DNA of 64,000 bases. It comes from Lophium mytilinum (taxonomy: Eukaryota). The stretch spans positions 374,726 to 438,725 of the forward strand of contig MU004198.1 in assembly GCA_010093605.1 (NCBI GenBank). Reading direction: 5' to 3'. Positions 36,507 through 48,131 of the stretch are shown piece after piece (the first letter of the stretch is position 1; each line of letters starts with the position of its first letter). Under the pieces are notes generated by a model. It searched no databases. It worked only from the letters and a program-made list of their open reading frames with translations, and was not told the DNA's origin. Made by a program: the position numbers and the translations under genes.

Positions 36507-37445
36507 ATGTCGGTCAAGTTTGAGAAGGAGACGATCAAGACGACCACCGGCATCCCCGTGCCCGGCGGCAAGCTGGATGATGGGAAGCACCACATTGCCC
36601 GCGAAATCGGAAATGCCCTTACCAAAGGCGGCGGGCCGAATGGCTACCTGGCTGTATGTTGCGCGCCATTGCAGTGTGGGAAGAACGCGATGCTGACTAT
36701 CCGGTGTGCAGGCTTATCTCAAGCAGCTTCAGGACAACCCAATGCGCACCAAGATGCTGACCTCTGGCACTCTCGCCGGGCTGCAGGAGTTTATGGCCTC
36801 GTGGATTGCGCACGATCGTAGCAAGCACGGTCATTACTTCACCTCGCGCGTTCCCAAGATGGCCCTCTACGGAGCTTTCATCAGCGCGCCCCTCGGCCAC
36901 GTCATGATCAGCCTGCTCCAGAAGATGTTCCGTGGCCGCACCAGCCTGAAGGCTAAGATCTTGCAGATTCTCATCAGCAATATGGTGGTATGTGTCAATT
37001 CCGTCATCCCTTGAGCTGCCCCGCTAACTCCTTCCAGGTGGCTCCGATACAGAACACCGTCTACCTCATTTCGATGGCCATCATCGCAGGCGCCCGCACT
37101 TTCCATCAAGTGCGCGCCACCGTCAAGGCCGGTTTCATGCCCGTCATGAAGGTTAGCTGGATCACGTCGCCAATCTGCCTCGCCTTTGCCCAGCAATTCC
37201 TCCCCGAGAGCGTCTGGGTGCCCTTCTTCAACCTGGTTGGATTCATTATCGGCACATACATCAACTCGCACACCAAGAAGAAGAGGCTTGCAGCGTTGAG
37301 GCGCAAGCATTACGGAGATTCTGGACGGGATTCATCTGGACTTGGTCGGGATCCGTCCGGGCTTGGACGGGACCCATCAGGAAGGGAGACTGGCCGCAGG
37401 GAACCAGGGAGGCCCGGAGATGATTACGACAGGCGGGGGTACTAG
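36507..37445 (+). CDS. Mpv17/PMP22-family peroxisomal membrane protein
   Basis: Introns 36654-36711 and 36988-37037. Motifs YLKQLQDNPMRTKMLTSG, ISAPLGH and FAQQFLP..WVPFFN. The tail has a short GRD(S/P)SG(L/R) x3 repeat. Confidence 0.88.
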
Positions 37446-38555
37446 ATATATCACAGGCCGGCGTTCTGGTGGTTTGTTGGCCTGCCACCTACCCCTGAGA
37501 GACGCCGTAACTATGGACAACGGGACTGTGTCACGAGCGACTTTGTAAATTCAATGATTTTTGGCCGGGTAATTGGTGGGTAGGCTAGGTGTTGCTTTTG
37601 GATATAACTTAAATTCCAGTGCCTCGTTGTAAGTGTGTATACTTTTCTGTCGCTTTTTGAGATGCTTCATTACATTCTCAGAAACGCTAAAGAGATGGAT
37701 TTCAGCTTGGATAATATTTCGATGAGCTGGGCCCGTCCAAACGGCGAGACCTAGGCTGAAATGGGATATCTCCTTTAGACTTTCTAAAGTACTGAAGGGT
37801 CACAAGCAGCGTCAGAAGAATGCACATCCCTATGACGAAGCATGCCCAGTCTTCCCCGTTCATCTCCGTCATCCTTGATTTCTCCATCCATCATATAATG
37901 CTAGTTAGCTGAACTAAAACACACGTACAGGTACATGTAGGCGATTCTTCCCGTTTCTCTCAACGTTTCTATCTCTTTTCCAGCCAGTTCATAATCTCCA
38001 TCGTGCATCTTCTCTCCCAACGCGGTGGTCTTTTCAGCCGCTCCGTCATTATCCTCTATGCGTCGTCCAGGCATCATCTAAGAAGCACCACGATAGTATC
38101 ACGCGGCCGGTTGTCTTATCCCGACCCCGTCATTTCATCAGTAATATCCGGAGTTGAGTCCTGATCCTATCCACAAACTGAGCTTCCCCGCGATCGGTTT
38201 AGCATCTTCTCCTCGCGTTGGTGGTGTGGAGATCTACAGCTACCCGCACCCGATGATTGTCCCCGTGATTGTGGTCACAAAACAATCTTACTGGCACAAC
38301 ACTACGCTAAGCATCGACAAACAACCGCTATTCCGCTGCTAAATGACGTGTTCAACCTTCCATACTCCAACACTTTTACCGACAGCTGGTAGGACAGAGC
38401 ACATGGACAAACCGCTTTCTGCCCACGATGCCTGTCTACGATGCTGGACGATGACAATCTCTATGCATTATAAAATTGCCCGGCACGCTTCTGATTGAGA
38501 GGGCACTGGTATCCTCAGTTCAGTCCATAACCATCAGTTCGAAACCACTACAGTC

Positions 38556-40640
38556 ATGTACGCTCAATCCGTAAGTCGAGTCACTCGCCCTGGTCACGCT
38601 CCCGTTTCGTGGCAGAATTATCGCATGGATGATGGCTCCTATTCGTCCGAATATGAGGGCAACTTCAGAACTACGTACCCATTGCGGCCTCGGATTGGAA
38701 GAAACCGCGCCTTTTATCCCGATGCTCCGTATCCTGGAATTCATGCGCAACCATTCTTACACCATCCTACTGTGATGTCTCGACCTAAGGGACCTCCCCC
38801 GCCTCTTGAGGATCCCGATCTGGAGTACAAGTTCAATCCGAAGTGGAATATCGACTATGCTACCGTATTTCTTATCAATCGACTAGGAAAAGACAAAGAT
38901 CTAGCCAATGGAATAAGCAAGATACGCGAGAAATCCCGGCGATACGATACGCGAGAAATTCCATACCGATCCTTCGACGCTCTCAACGACGTCTTGTTCG
39001 CAGGTCGACTGAAAGATGCCGTCTACCTCAAATGGGTAGACCTCGGCCCTCATGTCTCTGGCACCACGTGCAATCCCGGAGAAGGACCTGACCATCGTGT
39101 CTCCCGGAGTACTCTTCTCCTGAATTTCACGTTGCACCAAGACGCCCATCCCGATGATATCTTAGCCTCATTGATACATCACATGATCCACTGCTACTTC
39201 ATCGTCACCTGCGGCCCCCAGCTCCCTGATGAAACAAAGTATGGTCGTCTCTCACACGGAATGCACTTCGGCAAGGTCATGTCTACTATTAAAGACCTCT
39301 CTGCCTCCACAGGTCGTCGGCCTCTCCTTGTCGACATTGGTCACAACCTCGCACAAGTCAGAGACTACCAGTATGAGAGACCCACTCCAGCCTTATCTCC
39401 CCGCAACCTCTCCCTCCTTCGTTCCCAAATGGAACCACGCAACCAACGCTCTTCTACCCGCAGTTTCTGCCCTCCTCACCCAAAGGTCAACCGGCCTAGT
39501 CAAGCAGAAGTGGATGAGTGGTACACGAAGACATGCATTCCGCTCCCTGACCTCCCCAAGTGCGTCCGTGGACAGAATCTTTACACGCTCGTTCTCCCCG
39601 GCTCTGACTTCCGCGAGTTTCCACGCGCAAAAGCACCGCCGAACCAGGAGTATGTTGAGCTCATCTACGCAGATAAATGCGTGTATATCCCTGCTACCTC
39701 CATCTCCAGCTACCCGAGCCTGGTAGCACAATTCGAGAAAGCAAGATGGCTCGAGATACCGGACGAAACCTCCCTAGAAAGCTTCAAAACCCTCTACGAA
39801 TTCCTACTCCGCGGTAGATTCAGCCCCGACCAGCCATCCGACCACGAGCACGGCAACCACCATACCCCCAGCCCCCCTCTCATCCGCTCCCCCTCCGCAA
39901 CCGCCGACCCCTACCTCACCACCTCCATCAAAGCCCTCAAACTCGCCACATCCCTCAAGTTCCCCCAGCTCGAAGCCCACGCCCTCCACCGCCTCAACGC
40001 CCTCCCCCACACCCACGAAGACCCCTTCACCCTCCTCTCCGAAATCTACACCGACTCCCCTGACCCCCTCCCGGCCCTCCGCGCCTGGGCCCGCGCTTTC
40101 CTGCTTCGCCGCGCGCCCGATCACCCCGTTATGGCCTACCTCGACCTCGCCACCGACGCCGGCGCCGCTCCTGCGAACCTCGAGCTGCTGGAGCGCGACC
40201 GCGGCTTGCGGGAGCGGTTTGACTACCTCCTCGAGCACGGCGGCGCGTTCCACGCCGACGTCACGGCCGCGCGGACGGCGCTGGAGCGGGACCGCGAGCG
40301 CGACGTGTTCTCCTGGCAGGGCGGGCGTGTGCATCCGCATTTGTTTGAGGTCCCGATCCCGCCACCCCCACCGCGGATGATGGATGATTGGGACCTCCCG
40401 CCTCCACCGCCGCCGCCGCCGCCGCCGATGTTTGAGGGGTTTGAGGGGAGGGGGTTCCCGCATCCGGATTTTGCGTGCTCGGCGACGGCGCTGGGGAGGG
40501 AGAGGGAGGCGAGGTTGGGGGTGTTGGGGTGGGGGCCGGTGGAGAGGGAGGGGGAGGGGTGGTGGAGGAGGCGGAATGGGATGACGGGGCAGGTGGCTGG
40601 GAGGAGGGGGGAGGGGGAGTGGGTTTTGAGGGGGGGTTGA
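38556..40640 (+). CDS. SprT-like metalloprotease-fold protein with a downstream BTB-like region and Pro-rich tail
   Basis: FDALNDVLFAGRL..VYLKW; HHMIHCY in place of HExxH; downstream HGMHF. The later segment FKTLYEFLLRG..ALKLATSLKFPQL is BTB-like. The start codon is uncertain. Confidence 0.7.
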   Translation: MYAQSVSRVTRPGHAPVSWQNYRMDDGSYSSEYEGNFRTTYPLRPRIGRNRAFYPDAPYPGIHAQPFLHHPTVMSRPKGPPPPLEDPDLEYKFNPKWNIDYATVFLINRLGKDKDLANGISKIREKSRRYDTREIPYRSFDALNDVLFAGRLKDAVYLKWVDLGPHVSGTTCNPGEGPDHRVSRSTLLLNFTLHQDAHPDDILASLIHHMIHCYFIVTCGPQLPDETKYGRLSHGMHFGKVMSTIKDLSASTGRRPLLVDIGHNLAQVRDYQYERPTPALSPRNLSLLRSQMEPRNQRSSTRSFCPPHPKVNRPSQAEVDEWYTKTCIPLPDLPKCVRGQNLYTLVLPGSDFREFPRAKAPPNQEYVELIYADKCVYIPATSISSYPSLVAQFEKARWLEIPDETSLESFKTLYEFLLRGRFSPDQPSDHEHGNHHTPSPPLIRSPSATADPYLTTSIKALKLATSLKFPQLEAHALHRLNALPHTHEDPFTLLSEIYTDSPDPLPALRAWARAFLLRRAPDHPVMAYLDLATDAGAAPANLELLERDRGLRERFDYLLEHGGAFHADVTAARTALERDRERDVFSWQGGRVHPHLFEVPIPPPPPRMMDDWDLPPPPPPPPPPMFEGFEGRGFPHPDFACSATALGREREARLGVLGWGPVEREGEGWWRRRNGMTGQVAGRRGEGEWVLRGG

Positions 40641-40859
40641 GGTGGATGGTTTTGGGGTGGTAGGGGGTGTAGGGGACGGATCAAAGAGATAGACGATAGG
40701 GGCGGGATTGCGGTGTTGGCGGTCGAGGATGGCTGAGTGGGGTGTTTTACGGTATGTAGATTTCATGTGGGTGATTTACGGTGGCGCGGTCTTGGTGTTG
40801 AGTAACGTGTTCTGGTGATTCGGGCGACGGGTGGTTTGGTGGGTTAAAGAGGTTGTCGG

Positions 40860-41335
40860 AAAAGGAGTGATGGGCGAACTGATTTGAAGAGCTGGATTTG
40901 GACATGTCTGACGCGCGCTGTAGGAAATTCAGTGACTGAATATAGTATTAAGGAAGTCGAGTCAATAAGGGTGCTCTTATAGGAGGCGGAAGTCAAAACG
41001 ATAGAAAAGCGAGCTGATTCGAATGGTCGAGATTTTACATAGCTGCTCTGCAGTGTCAGGAGTTTTACATCCGAGAAAATCTGTGTAGATTTGGCGAAGG
41101 GAGGTGTGGTAGTCAATATGTTAAGAGCTTTACAGAAACTTTTTGGGGACAGCGCGAAGGGAGGTTTGATTATTCATATAAGCTGTTAAAGGGCTTAAGA
41201 AGATAAGATAATTTAAAGTGCTTAATTTTCATATTACTATTTTGCGCGGTTAGGATTTTACATGCTTGATCTACGGTGTCAAGGGCGTTACATTTGGGAA
41301 AATCCCTACACCTATGGCAGAGGAGGGTTGGTTGG
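40860..41335 (-). repeat. Second, inverted and more decayed array of the 163-bp family
   Basis: The reverse complement reads CAACCTCCCTCTGCCAT..ATGTAACGCCCTTGACACCGTAGATCAAGCATGTAAAATCCTAACCGCGCAAA..AAGCACTTTAAATTA..AAACCTCCCTTCGC. Anchors are at 41293, 41135 and 41070. The left boundary is approximate. Confidence 0.88.
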
Positions 41336-41630
41336 GAAGTGGTGAGGTGGGAGGGGATGGGTGGGGATTAGATGGTTGATTGATCGATTGATTATTACTC
41401 GCAGATTCTATTTTAAGGAACGTGGAGGCTGTTCTTGTATGTAATTAATAGCCAGCCCACTAGACAAGTGTAGGTCTACATGTGCCTCATGGGCAAAAGT
41501 CGGGTATCCAAAGAACCGAACCCATATAACCCCTCTCTATGTTTCCTCACCGCCACCCCCAAACCCCCATCCATCTCTCCAACCTCCCCACCGGGCTCCC
41601 CTCGGCCTCCAACCCCCTCCCCGTATCACG

Positions 41631-43809
41631 TCAAACCGTATAGCTCCTCTCCACCAACGCCCTCCCCCTCCTAATCCCCCTGCGCCCCTCCCGCCTCTTC
41701 TTACTCTTCCGAATCGCCCTCTTCTGCACCACCCGCTGTATAACCCTCCACAACATGCTGCGCATCAATATAATAATCGTCGCCGCCATGACCGGAATCG
41801 CAATCGTCCAAAAGAACTTATCCGAATGCTGCTGAACGCCCGGGAACGTCGCGAAATTCTGCCCGAAGTAGCCTACCAGAAATGTGAGGGGCAGGAAGAA
41901 GATGGTGACAACGGTGAGCTGCTTCATGCTCTCGTTCTGGAAGGAGCCGACCATGTTGAAGATGAGGTCGATCATGTTGTCGGCGGCGCGGCGCATTTGG
42001 TCGAGCGAGGCGGTGATGGTGATGCAGTGGTCTTCGACGTCGCCGAGGTAGGTGTGGGCGAGGGGGGAGATGGTGATGCTGGAGATTTGGATGCGGGAGG
42101 GGCGCCCTGAGAGGCCAGGGCGGCCGGAGAGGCCGGTGAGGCCCGGGGTGGACATGGGCTCGGATTTGTGGTCGCGGAGGGAGTTGATGAGGGAGCTGAT
42201 GGGTTGGATGGAGCTGCGGAGGATGGAGAGCTCGGAGGTGAGGATGTCTGGGGACGTTGGTGTTAGTTTTATGGGTGTATGAAGAGTGTATTGGTGATGA
42301 CTGGGATCGCGTTTTGAAATGATAGGATTTGAACGTACACAAAGATCGCGAATGGCCGATGTCAGGGTCGGTCAGGACCTCTAGCTCCAGCTCGCTCATG
42401 GCATCTTCATAGGCTGCAACGACAGGAATGGCCAGATCGATAATGGCATCTATGATGGCTTGGACGAGCATGCTACCGTCACAACTCTGTCTGATGATCG
42501 TGTCTGAAGAGCCGAGACGCTTCAGGATTGGCTTCTCGATATCTTCTGCGGAGTGCTCGAAGAAGGAGATGACGGTATTGTCCGAAGTTATGAACATGGA
42601 CACCTGCTCTACGCTGACTGCTAGCTTCTTCTTGGCCAAGGTCGAGTTGCGCTCCATGTAGATGGTCCTCTCGATGTTTGGTCCGCCACGGTAACGCTGT
42701 AGAGTCCGAATCTGTTCCTTGCGTTGGACACTCGACTGCAGGCTCCGAGCAGTGACGGTTCCATCAAGCGTGAAGCTCTTGTCTTCTGTCTGCCACGTGT
42801 GCTCCATGTCGGCGCTAGTGGGAGTTGGACTCAAGAAATCTCGACACTTCTTGTAGAATGACTTCGTCTTCTTGGTCTTCTTGTGCTTGTGTTTTCTGGC
42901 AGGGCCGAAGTCTTGGTCCGAGTCGCTGTCCGAGTCGTCGTCTGTGAGTTTGACGAGCTTCTGTAGGGTCAATAGCACTTGTTCAGTTAGTATGATACAT
43001 TCTGATTGACTAGATGAAACAAGATAGATGCAAGATGCAAAAACAGCAAACAAGTAAAACATAGGTTGTATTGTACATGAGTTTCGATGGATATGGTTAT
43101 ATTTAGGGGTTTGTTTAGGACCCGTGTAGCCCAGGATTGGAAGGATGAAGAGATGAGCATCACATGGAGCAAACGTCACGTGACTGCTTAATGACACCAA
43201 ATTGCGTATCTTGGCACGAGTAATAGATTTTGACTTACTGAAAGCCTGGTCAGAGTACCAGTCAGCCTTTGTGCGGCCCCTAGTATTCATCAAGTCTTCA
43301 ATGGCTAGCCGATGTAGATTTTTGTGGTTTCCCAGCATCCTGATGACGTCCCAGCTGAGACCATTGACATTGATCCACCGGCATTGGACCCATTCCTCCT
43401 TGGGCATGTCGAGAAACACGGCCAAGTCGTCATTGTCTAGGCGGCTCTGCATGATCTTCTCGTCGGAGAAGTCTACAACTGTGATGTCGCAGTGCTGCTG
43501 GAGCAGCTCGAAATGCGGCTGGGCTTCCTGGGCAGTGTCTACACCCGGCTCGGCACCTGGCTCCTCCCATGTTGGCCGTGTGGGCGAGTGGTAGTTTCGC
43601 ACGGTATTGGAACGCGTCATACGCCGCTTCATGGGAGAGTCGACGGAGAATCGAGGGCTGTGGTGGCCGGTGGCCGACAGGTTGGCCGACAGGGCTGAGA
43701 CAGCACTGTGCCGGCGGCCGCGATGCGTCTCTCCATCGGTCTCGGGGATTGTGATGGTAGGGCCTCGCGGGCGGGTCTGGAAGTCCCTGACGTTGGTGGA
43801 GTCCGACAT
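41631..43809 (-). CDS. CorA-family divalent cation (Mg2+) transporter
   Basis: Motifs [37 protein letters not shown] and [25 protein letters not shown], with 2 C-terminal TMs. Introns 42978-43238 and 42248-42338. Confidence 0.9.
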
Positions 43810-45164
43810 GGCCGAGGATCGTGGTGCTTGGCAAGGGTGTCGAAGATATCTGTACGATCTGATATGCAGGCAATTCAGAGGCCTGCTCGAGGTCAGCCCG
43901 CGGTCCAGGCTGTTGGGATTCCCGTCTGCTTTTATGAAGTGCACTTACGCTGACGACCCCTATACCGTCCCAGCTGGCCGAGATGAGTTGTTGTCTTTGG
44001 CCGCAGCGCAGGACGCAGGCGGTGGTCCAGTCTCAGCCCGGGGAGTCGCCATATAGAGTCGGCGGATTGTGCCGTGGCAGGAAAAGTCAATCGCCATGAG
44101 ATCACAATGCGCCAGAGTTTTCGTCTAGTCGACCCGCAGCGCGTCACTTGTCTTCAGCTTCTGGACTCTCAGGACTCTCCAGCACGCTGCACGTCCAGAC
44201 GTCCGGGTGTAAGCGAACGTCTCTGGCTCGGCACCAGCACCGTTTCATCTGGGCACAGGCATGGAGCGTTGTAGCCCGTGGACTCGGCGCATTTGCTGCT
44301 GACCAAGGCGTGCGAAGCCGACCTGGCCGACTCCCCGCTGAGGAGACTTGGGGACGCTGCGAGCAGCACAAAGACACACTCTCCCCTCCTCAAGCCTCTG
44401 CTTCTACTATCACCGCTGCATTATCCCTATTCTCCCTCTGCGGCACTGTATTGGCCGTCCCGCGTCCATTAAGCGCCTGTGCTGTGTTGGTGGCTATTCA
44501 TAACGCATTGAAATTCACCCTCCTCGGGCCCAATCACCTCCCTGCCGCCCAGCCTTCCCCATCTCCACTCCTGGGCAGCAGCAACGCCAACACCTCACGC
44601 ACCGTCTCGTCTCCCATCACCGTCCAGCTGCGACCCTCTATCCATCAGCTAGCAGATATACCCCCTCCGCGCCGCCAAAGCCTCACCTCTACAACCCCCC
44701 GACTCCTCGCCGCGCTGAGCCTCCTCCCAAGCCTCGCCGGCCTTCACCTGAGCGCTCTCGCCACACGCGCACTTTCCCGACCCGAGCGCCCCTAAGGAGA
44801 CCATCGCCATCCAGATCCCATAATCAACCCTTATAAATCCCTCCATCCACTGTCCGACACACGCACGCTGCTGTTTGGCCGCCGAGTGTCTTCTATATTG
44901 TCCTGCCTGCCTAGCAAACCCCTCTGCCGTCACAGTTTGCTGTTCTGCCTCCCGCCGTCCTCGACACCTCGACACGGACCTCTTTGGCCGCCCGGCCGCC
45001 GAAACAACTACTGGATCGTGTCTCTGCGCCCGCTGCCGTCTCTGGGTACATGCCAACACGCAATCTCGTCGGCTTTGACTAACCGCCCGCGCCCCTAGTC
45101 TGTGAACAGTCACACCTCACCCCGACGACCGGCCATCAAACCGTTGCTGCAAACCGACGCAAAC

Positions 45165-46991
45165 ATGAGAGAGGTCAACTTCAGCATCCCGAACGCTAAT
45201 AAGGCGTCGGTGGGCATCACTACCGCCCTCTACGACCGCCGGGCGCTCGACTGCACCTCCACCCTGCCTCTCATCAACTCGCTCAACCATCTCGCATATC
45301 TCACCACCTCATCTGCCCGCATTCGGGACATCCTCACCGTCGATGGCGGTGTCGAACGATTGGTATGCATTCTCAAAGAGGGGCGGAGTAAAGACATGAT
45401 GGACATGTGGAAGTGGAATCTTGCGTTTCAATGCGTTTTTAACATTGGTGTCCGCGGCACGGAGAACGTCAGGACACGAGTAGTAGAGGCCGACATGGTC
45501 CCTGTCATCGCCACGATACTCGATAACTACGTCAAAGTCATTGACAAGTGCCGGGAAAAGGCAGAGGCCGAGTTGAAGAGGAATTCTGCCAGGCTTGGCG
45601 CTTCGTCGAGGCATCACTTCTCCCGCTCCGATCACGTTGGCTCGTCTTCTGGCCACCGCTCAGAGCGAACTCGGCGCCATGCACCTCCTCCCATCGAGAT
45701 TCCACAGACCTTCACACAACCGCCGCTCGAATCACAGCTGGGGGACGTCACACCGACTCCTGCTTTTGCCATGAGCTCTCCTCCCGAACGAACCACATTC
45801 ACACGACCGAGCACTCTCCACAACCACCGCAGTCAAGAAGGCAGGACACAGCTCTTTGGCACTATCGGTGGGCAGACTCGTAACATTGGTCAGCCTTTGG
45901 TCAGTGCGTTACCGACAATGGAAACTGGAGAGACGTTCGGGATCAGGCCTGTTCGGGACGTTGACCGTCTCCCTTCTATGCTCCCAGCACTGCAAGGGGA
46001 AATCACCTCACAGCCAGAGTCCCCCACAACGCCAAGCGCAGCCCGACCCACCAGTCCGCGGGCTTTGGGAGCTGGCAGATCTCGGAGACGACCATCGATT
46101 CGCCATCAGCTGTCGATGTCTGGCGAGTCCGACGATGGCCAGAACGACGACATGATGGCAGACGCCTCTGCCACCGCTGGCCCGGCGAGCGAGCCCATCG
46201 TCGGGATCCAGAACGAGATCAATATGCAGGACATCGTGGACAACGAGGAGATGCTGGACGCAGGGGCTACCCCTGTTGGACTTGCTGCACCCCCTTCGGA
46301 AGGGCCCGACGCAGACACTTTCAACATCACCCACAGATCTGCTCTAGATGGCAGCATCATCAACCCTGCAAATACCCAAACAACAGGTGCTATTGGCTTC
46401 TCTCCCGTGCAGCCAACCATCAACGTTGCCAATGCAAACCCTCCAGCAGCACCGTGGTATCCGCGCTACGCTCAGGACCGCAATGCAACGGCGGGAGTAC
46501 TTGCGGCCATGCCGAGAGATGAAGATGTCCTCATGTCCCTTCAGCTCTTGGCGTACATCTCTAAGTATTGCTACCTCCGCTCGTACTTCCAGAAGTCTCA
46601 CCTTGTGCCGAAACTGAAGATTGGATCCGATTTACAACTTCTCGATGGCGAAACGTGTGCTGCTCCTGCTGCGTCAGAAGAAGATGAGGATGAGGAATAC
46701 CTTCTCCCGGATGACTTCAACATTTTCCCTCTGGTCGAGAAGTTCACGGTCCGACACCACTCCCAGGATATGCAATACTGGGCTGGTGTTGTAATGAGGA
46801 ATCTGTGCCGGAAGGACGACTCCCGCGGTGGAATCCGACAGTGTGCATACTACCAGTGCGGTCGGTGGGAAGAATTTACGCGACAATTTGCCAAATGCCG
46901 TAGATGCCGACGCACAAAATATTGCAGCAAAGAGTGTCAAAAGAGCGCTTGGGTTTTCCACAGGCATTGGTGTGTAGCAGCTCAACAGTGA
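45165..46991 (+). CDS. samB: MYND zinc-finger protein SamB/Mub1
   Basis: MREVNFSIP..LYDRRALDCT..LINSLNHLAYLT; WAGVVMRNLCRK; MYND finger CAYYQC..CRRC..YCSKECQKSAWVFHRHWC. A probable 5'-UTR intron ends at 45098. Confidence 0.9.
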   Translation: MREVNFSIPNANKASVGITTALYDRRALDCTSTLPLINSLNHLAYLTTSSARIRDILTVDGGVERLVCILKEGRSKDMMDMWKWNLAFQCVFNIGVRGTENVRTRVVEADMVPVIATILDNYVKVIDKCREKAEAELKRNSARLGASSRHHFSRSDHVGSSSGHRSERTRRHAPPPIEIPQTFTQPPLESQLGDVTPTPAFAMSSPPERTTFTRPSTLHNHRSQEGRTQLFGTIGGQTRNIGQPLVSALPTMETGETFGIRPVRDVDRLPSMLPALQGEITSQPESPTTPSAARPTSPRALGAGRSRRRPSIRHQLSMSGESDDGQNDDMMADASATAGPASEPIVGIQNEINMQDIVDNEEMLDAGATPVGLAAPPSEGPDADTFNITHRSALDGSIINPANTQTTGAIGFSPVQPTINVANANPPAAPWYPRYAQDRNATAGVLAAMPRDEDVLMSLQLLAYISKYCYLRSYFQKSHLVPKLKIGSDLQLLDGETCAAPAASEEDEDEEYLLPDDFNIFPLVEKFTVRHHSQDMQYWAGVVMRNLCRKDDSRGGIRQCAYYQCGRWEEFTRQFAKCRRCRRTKYCSKECQKSAWVFHRHWCVAAQQ

Positions 46992-48131
46992 GCGGTATCC
47001 TTTGTCCGGCATCTCAGCACATCCCCACGACGAACACTTTTATTTACGCGGCATACTGCACGGCGCGAAGCAAATTTCCGATACTCAGATTTTATGAACC
47101 GCAACGACGACCGAATACCTCCTATACGCGAATGGATTGGCGAAATCTATCTTGGAGTTGGAGCACGATACGCTCTGGGGGATATAACCCCGCTTTCCTC
47201 ACATACCCATACCACATTGTTATCCAGGGCGATGAGCCATTCTTATCCTTTTCTCCTCTTCCGCATGTTTGGGAGGAGGCCTCTGAACGTTGCTCTTTAG
47301 CGTCTCCGCATTGCGAATTGAGAAACCGCTCTGTGATTTTCGTTTCCTAGTGCTCTGGTCGTGGTGCAAAAGGCGTTTTTCTCTATTCTTCATATCCGGG
47401 AGCATCAGTCGTCATCTTCCTTCTCCGTTCCTAATTGCATGCGAGGTGCGTGGTTGGTGGCTCGGTGTAACTCCCGTTCTTCTCTTTGTTCGCACTCTCA
47501 CGCCCTCCCTGTGTTGGAGCAGGCTTAATGGCACGGTTCGTCCCGGTGCGCTGGGTCAATGCGAATACACAATCGGGGAAAAGCCCGTGGACAATGCTTT
47601 CTTTGTGTCTCCCGTTCGCGATGGTTAATTCGGGGATTGGGGATCATTGGATGGGACTGGACCTCGTTGGCGAAGAACTGGCTATATAGGATGCGTACCT
47701 AGGGCTGGAGAATGACAATGCTTAATTTCTGATCAACGTCGTTGCCAGGGTCGATTTGTGCCCCACTAGTTTCGTGTTGTTGCCCATCATACGCGGCGGG
47801 GCGGCCTTTCATCGCGCCGCTCGGAGCGTGCAGATTGGATAGCTCGTAGTTTGCACCGGGTCTAATCAAGCTCGGCACTGCTTTATCGTGTGGCATGAAA
47901 GAAGTACTCGATATTCTACAGCCGCCAAGCTTGAAGTTACGGTACAGCCAATCAACGAGCACGGCTTACCTCGAAGCATACGCAGTTACGGGAAAGCCGG
48001 CTGGAAGTAGTGACCCACAAACGATACGGTCAATGGATTGAGAAATTGGTGTACGAATGTCAGGGTCGCGCAGGCATGATTTAGAACTTCCAATGATTAG
48101 AACATAATTAAAGGATTGCTTTTACTTTCTA

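Noticed and set aside
32292..37445. Peroxisomal gene cluster (PEX11-like plus PMP22-like)
   Set aside because: There are only two genes, separated by an unrelated one; chance cannot be excluded without synteny data.
39804..40766. Long Pro-rich antisense ORFs (also 56722-57687 and others opposite real genes)
   Set aside because: These are shadow frames produced by the G/C-skewed, stop-poor composition and carry no domain signal.
44148..45113. ORFs of 215 aa and 154 aa between the CorA gene and samB
   Set aside because: They have non-ATG starts and no recognisable motifs; this is more likely GC-rich divergent promoter and 5' UTR sequence.
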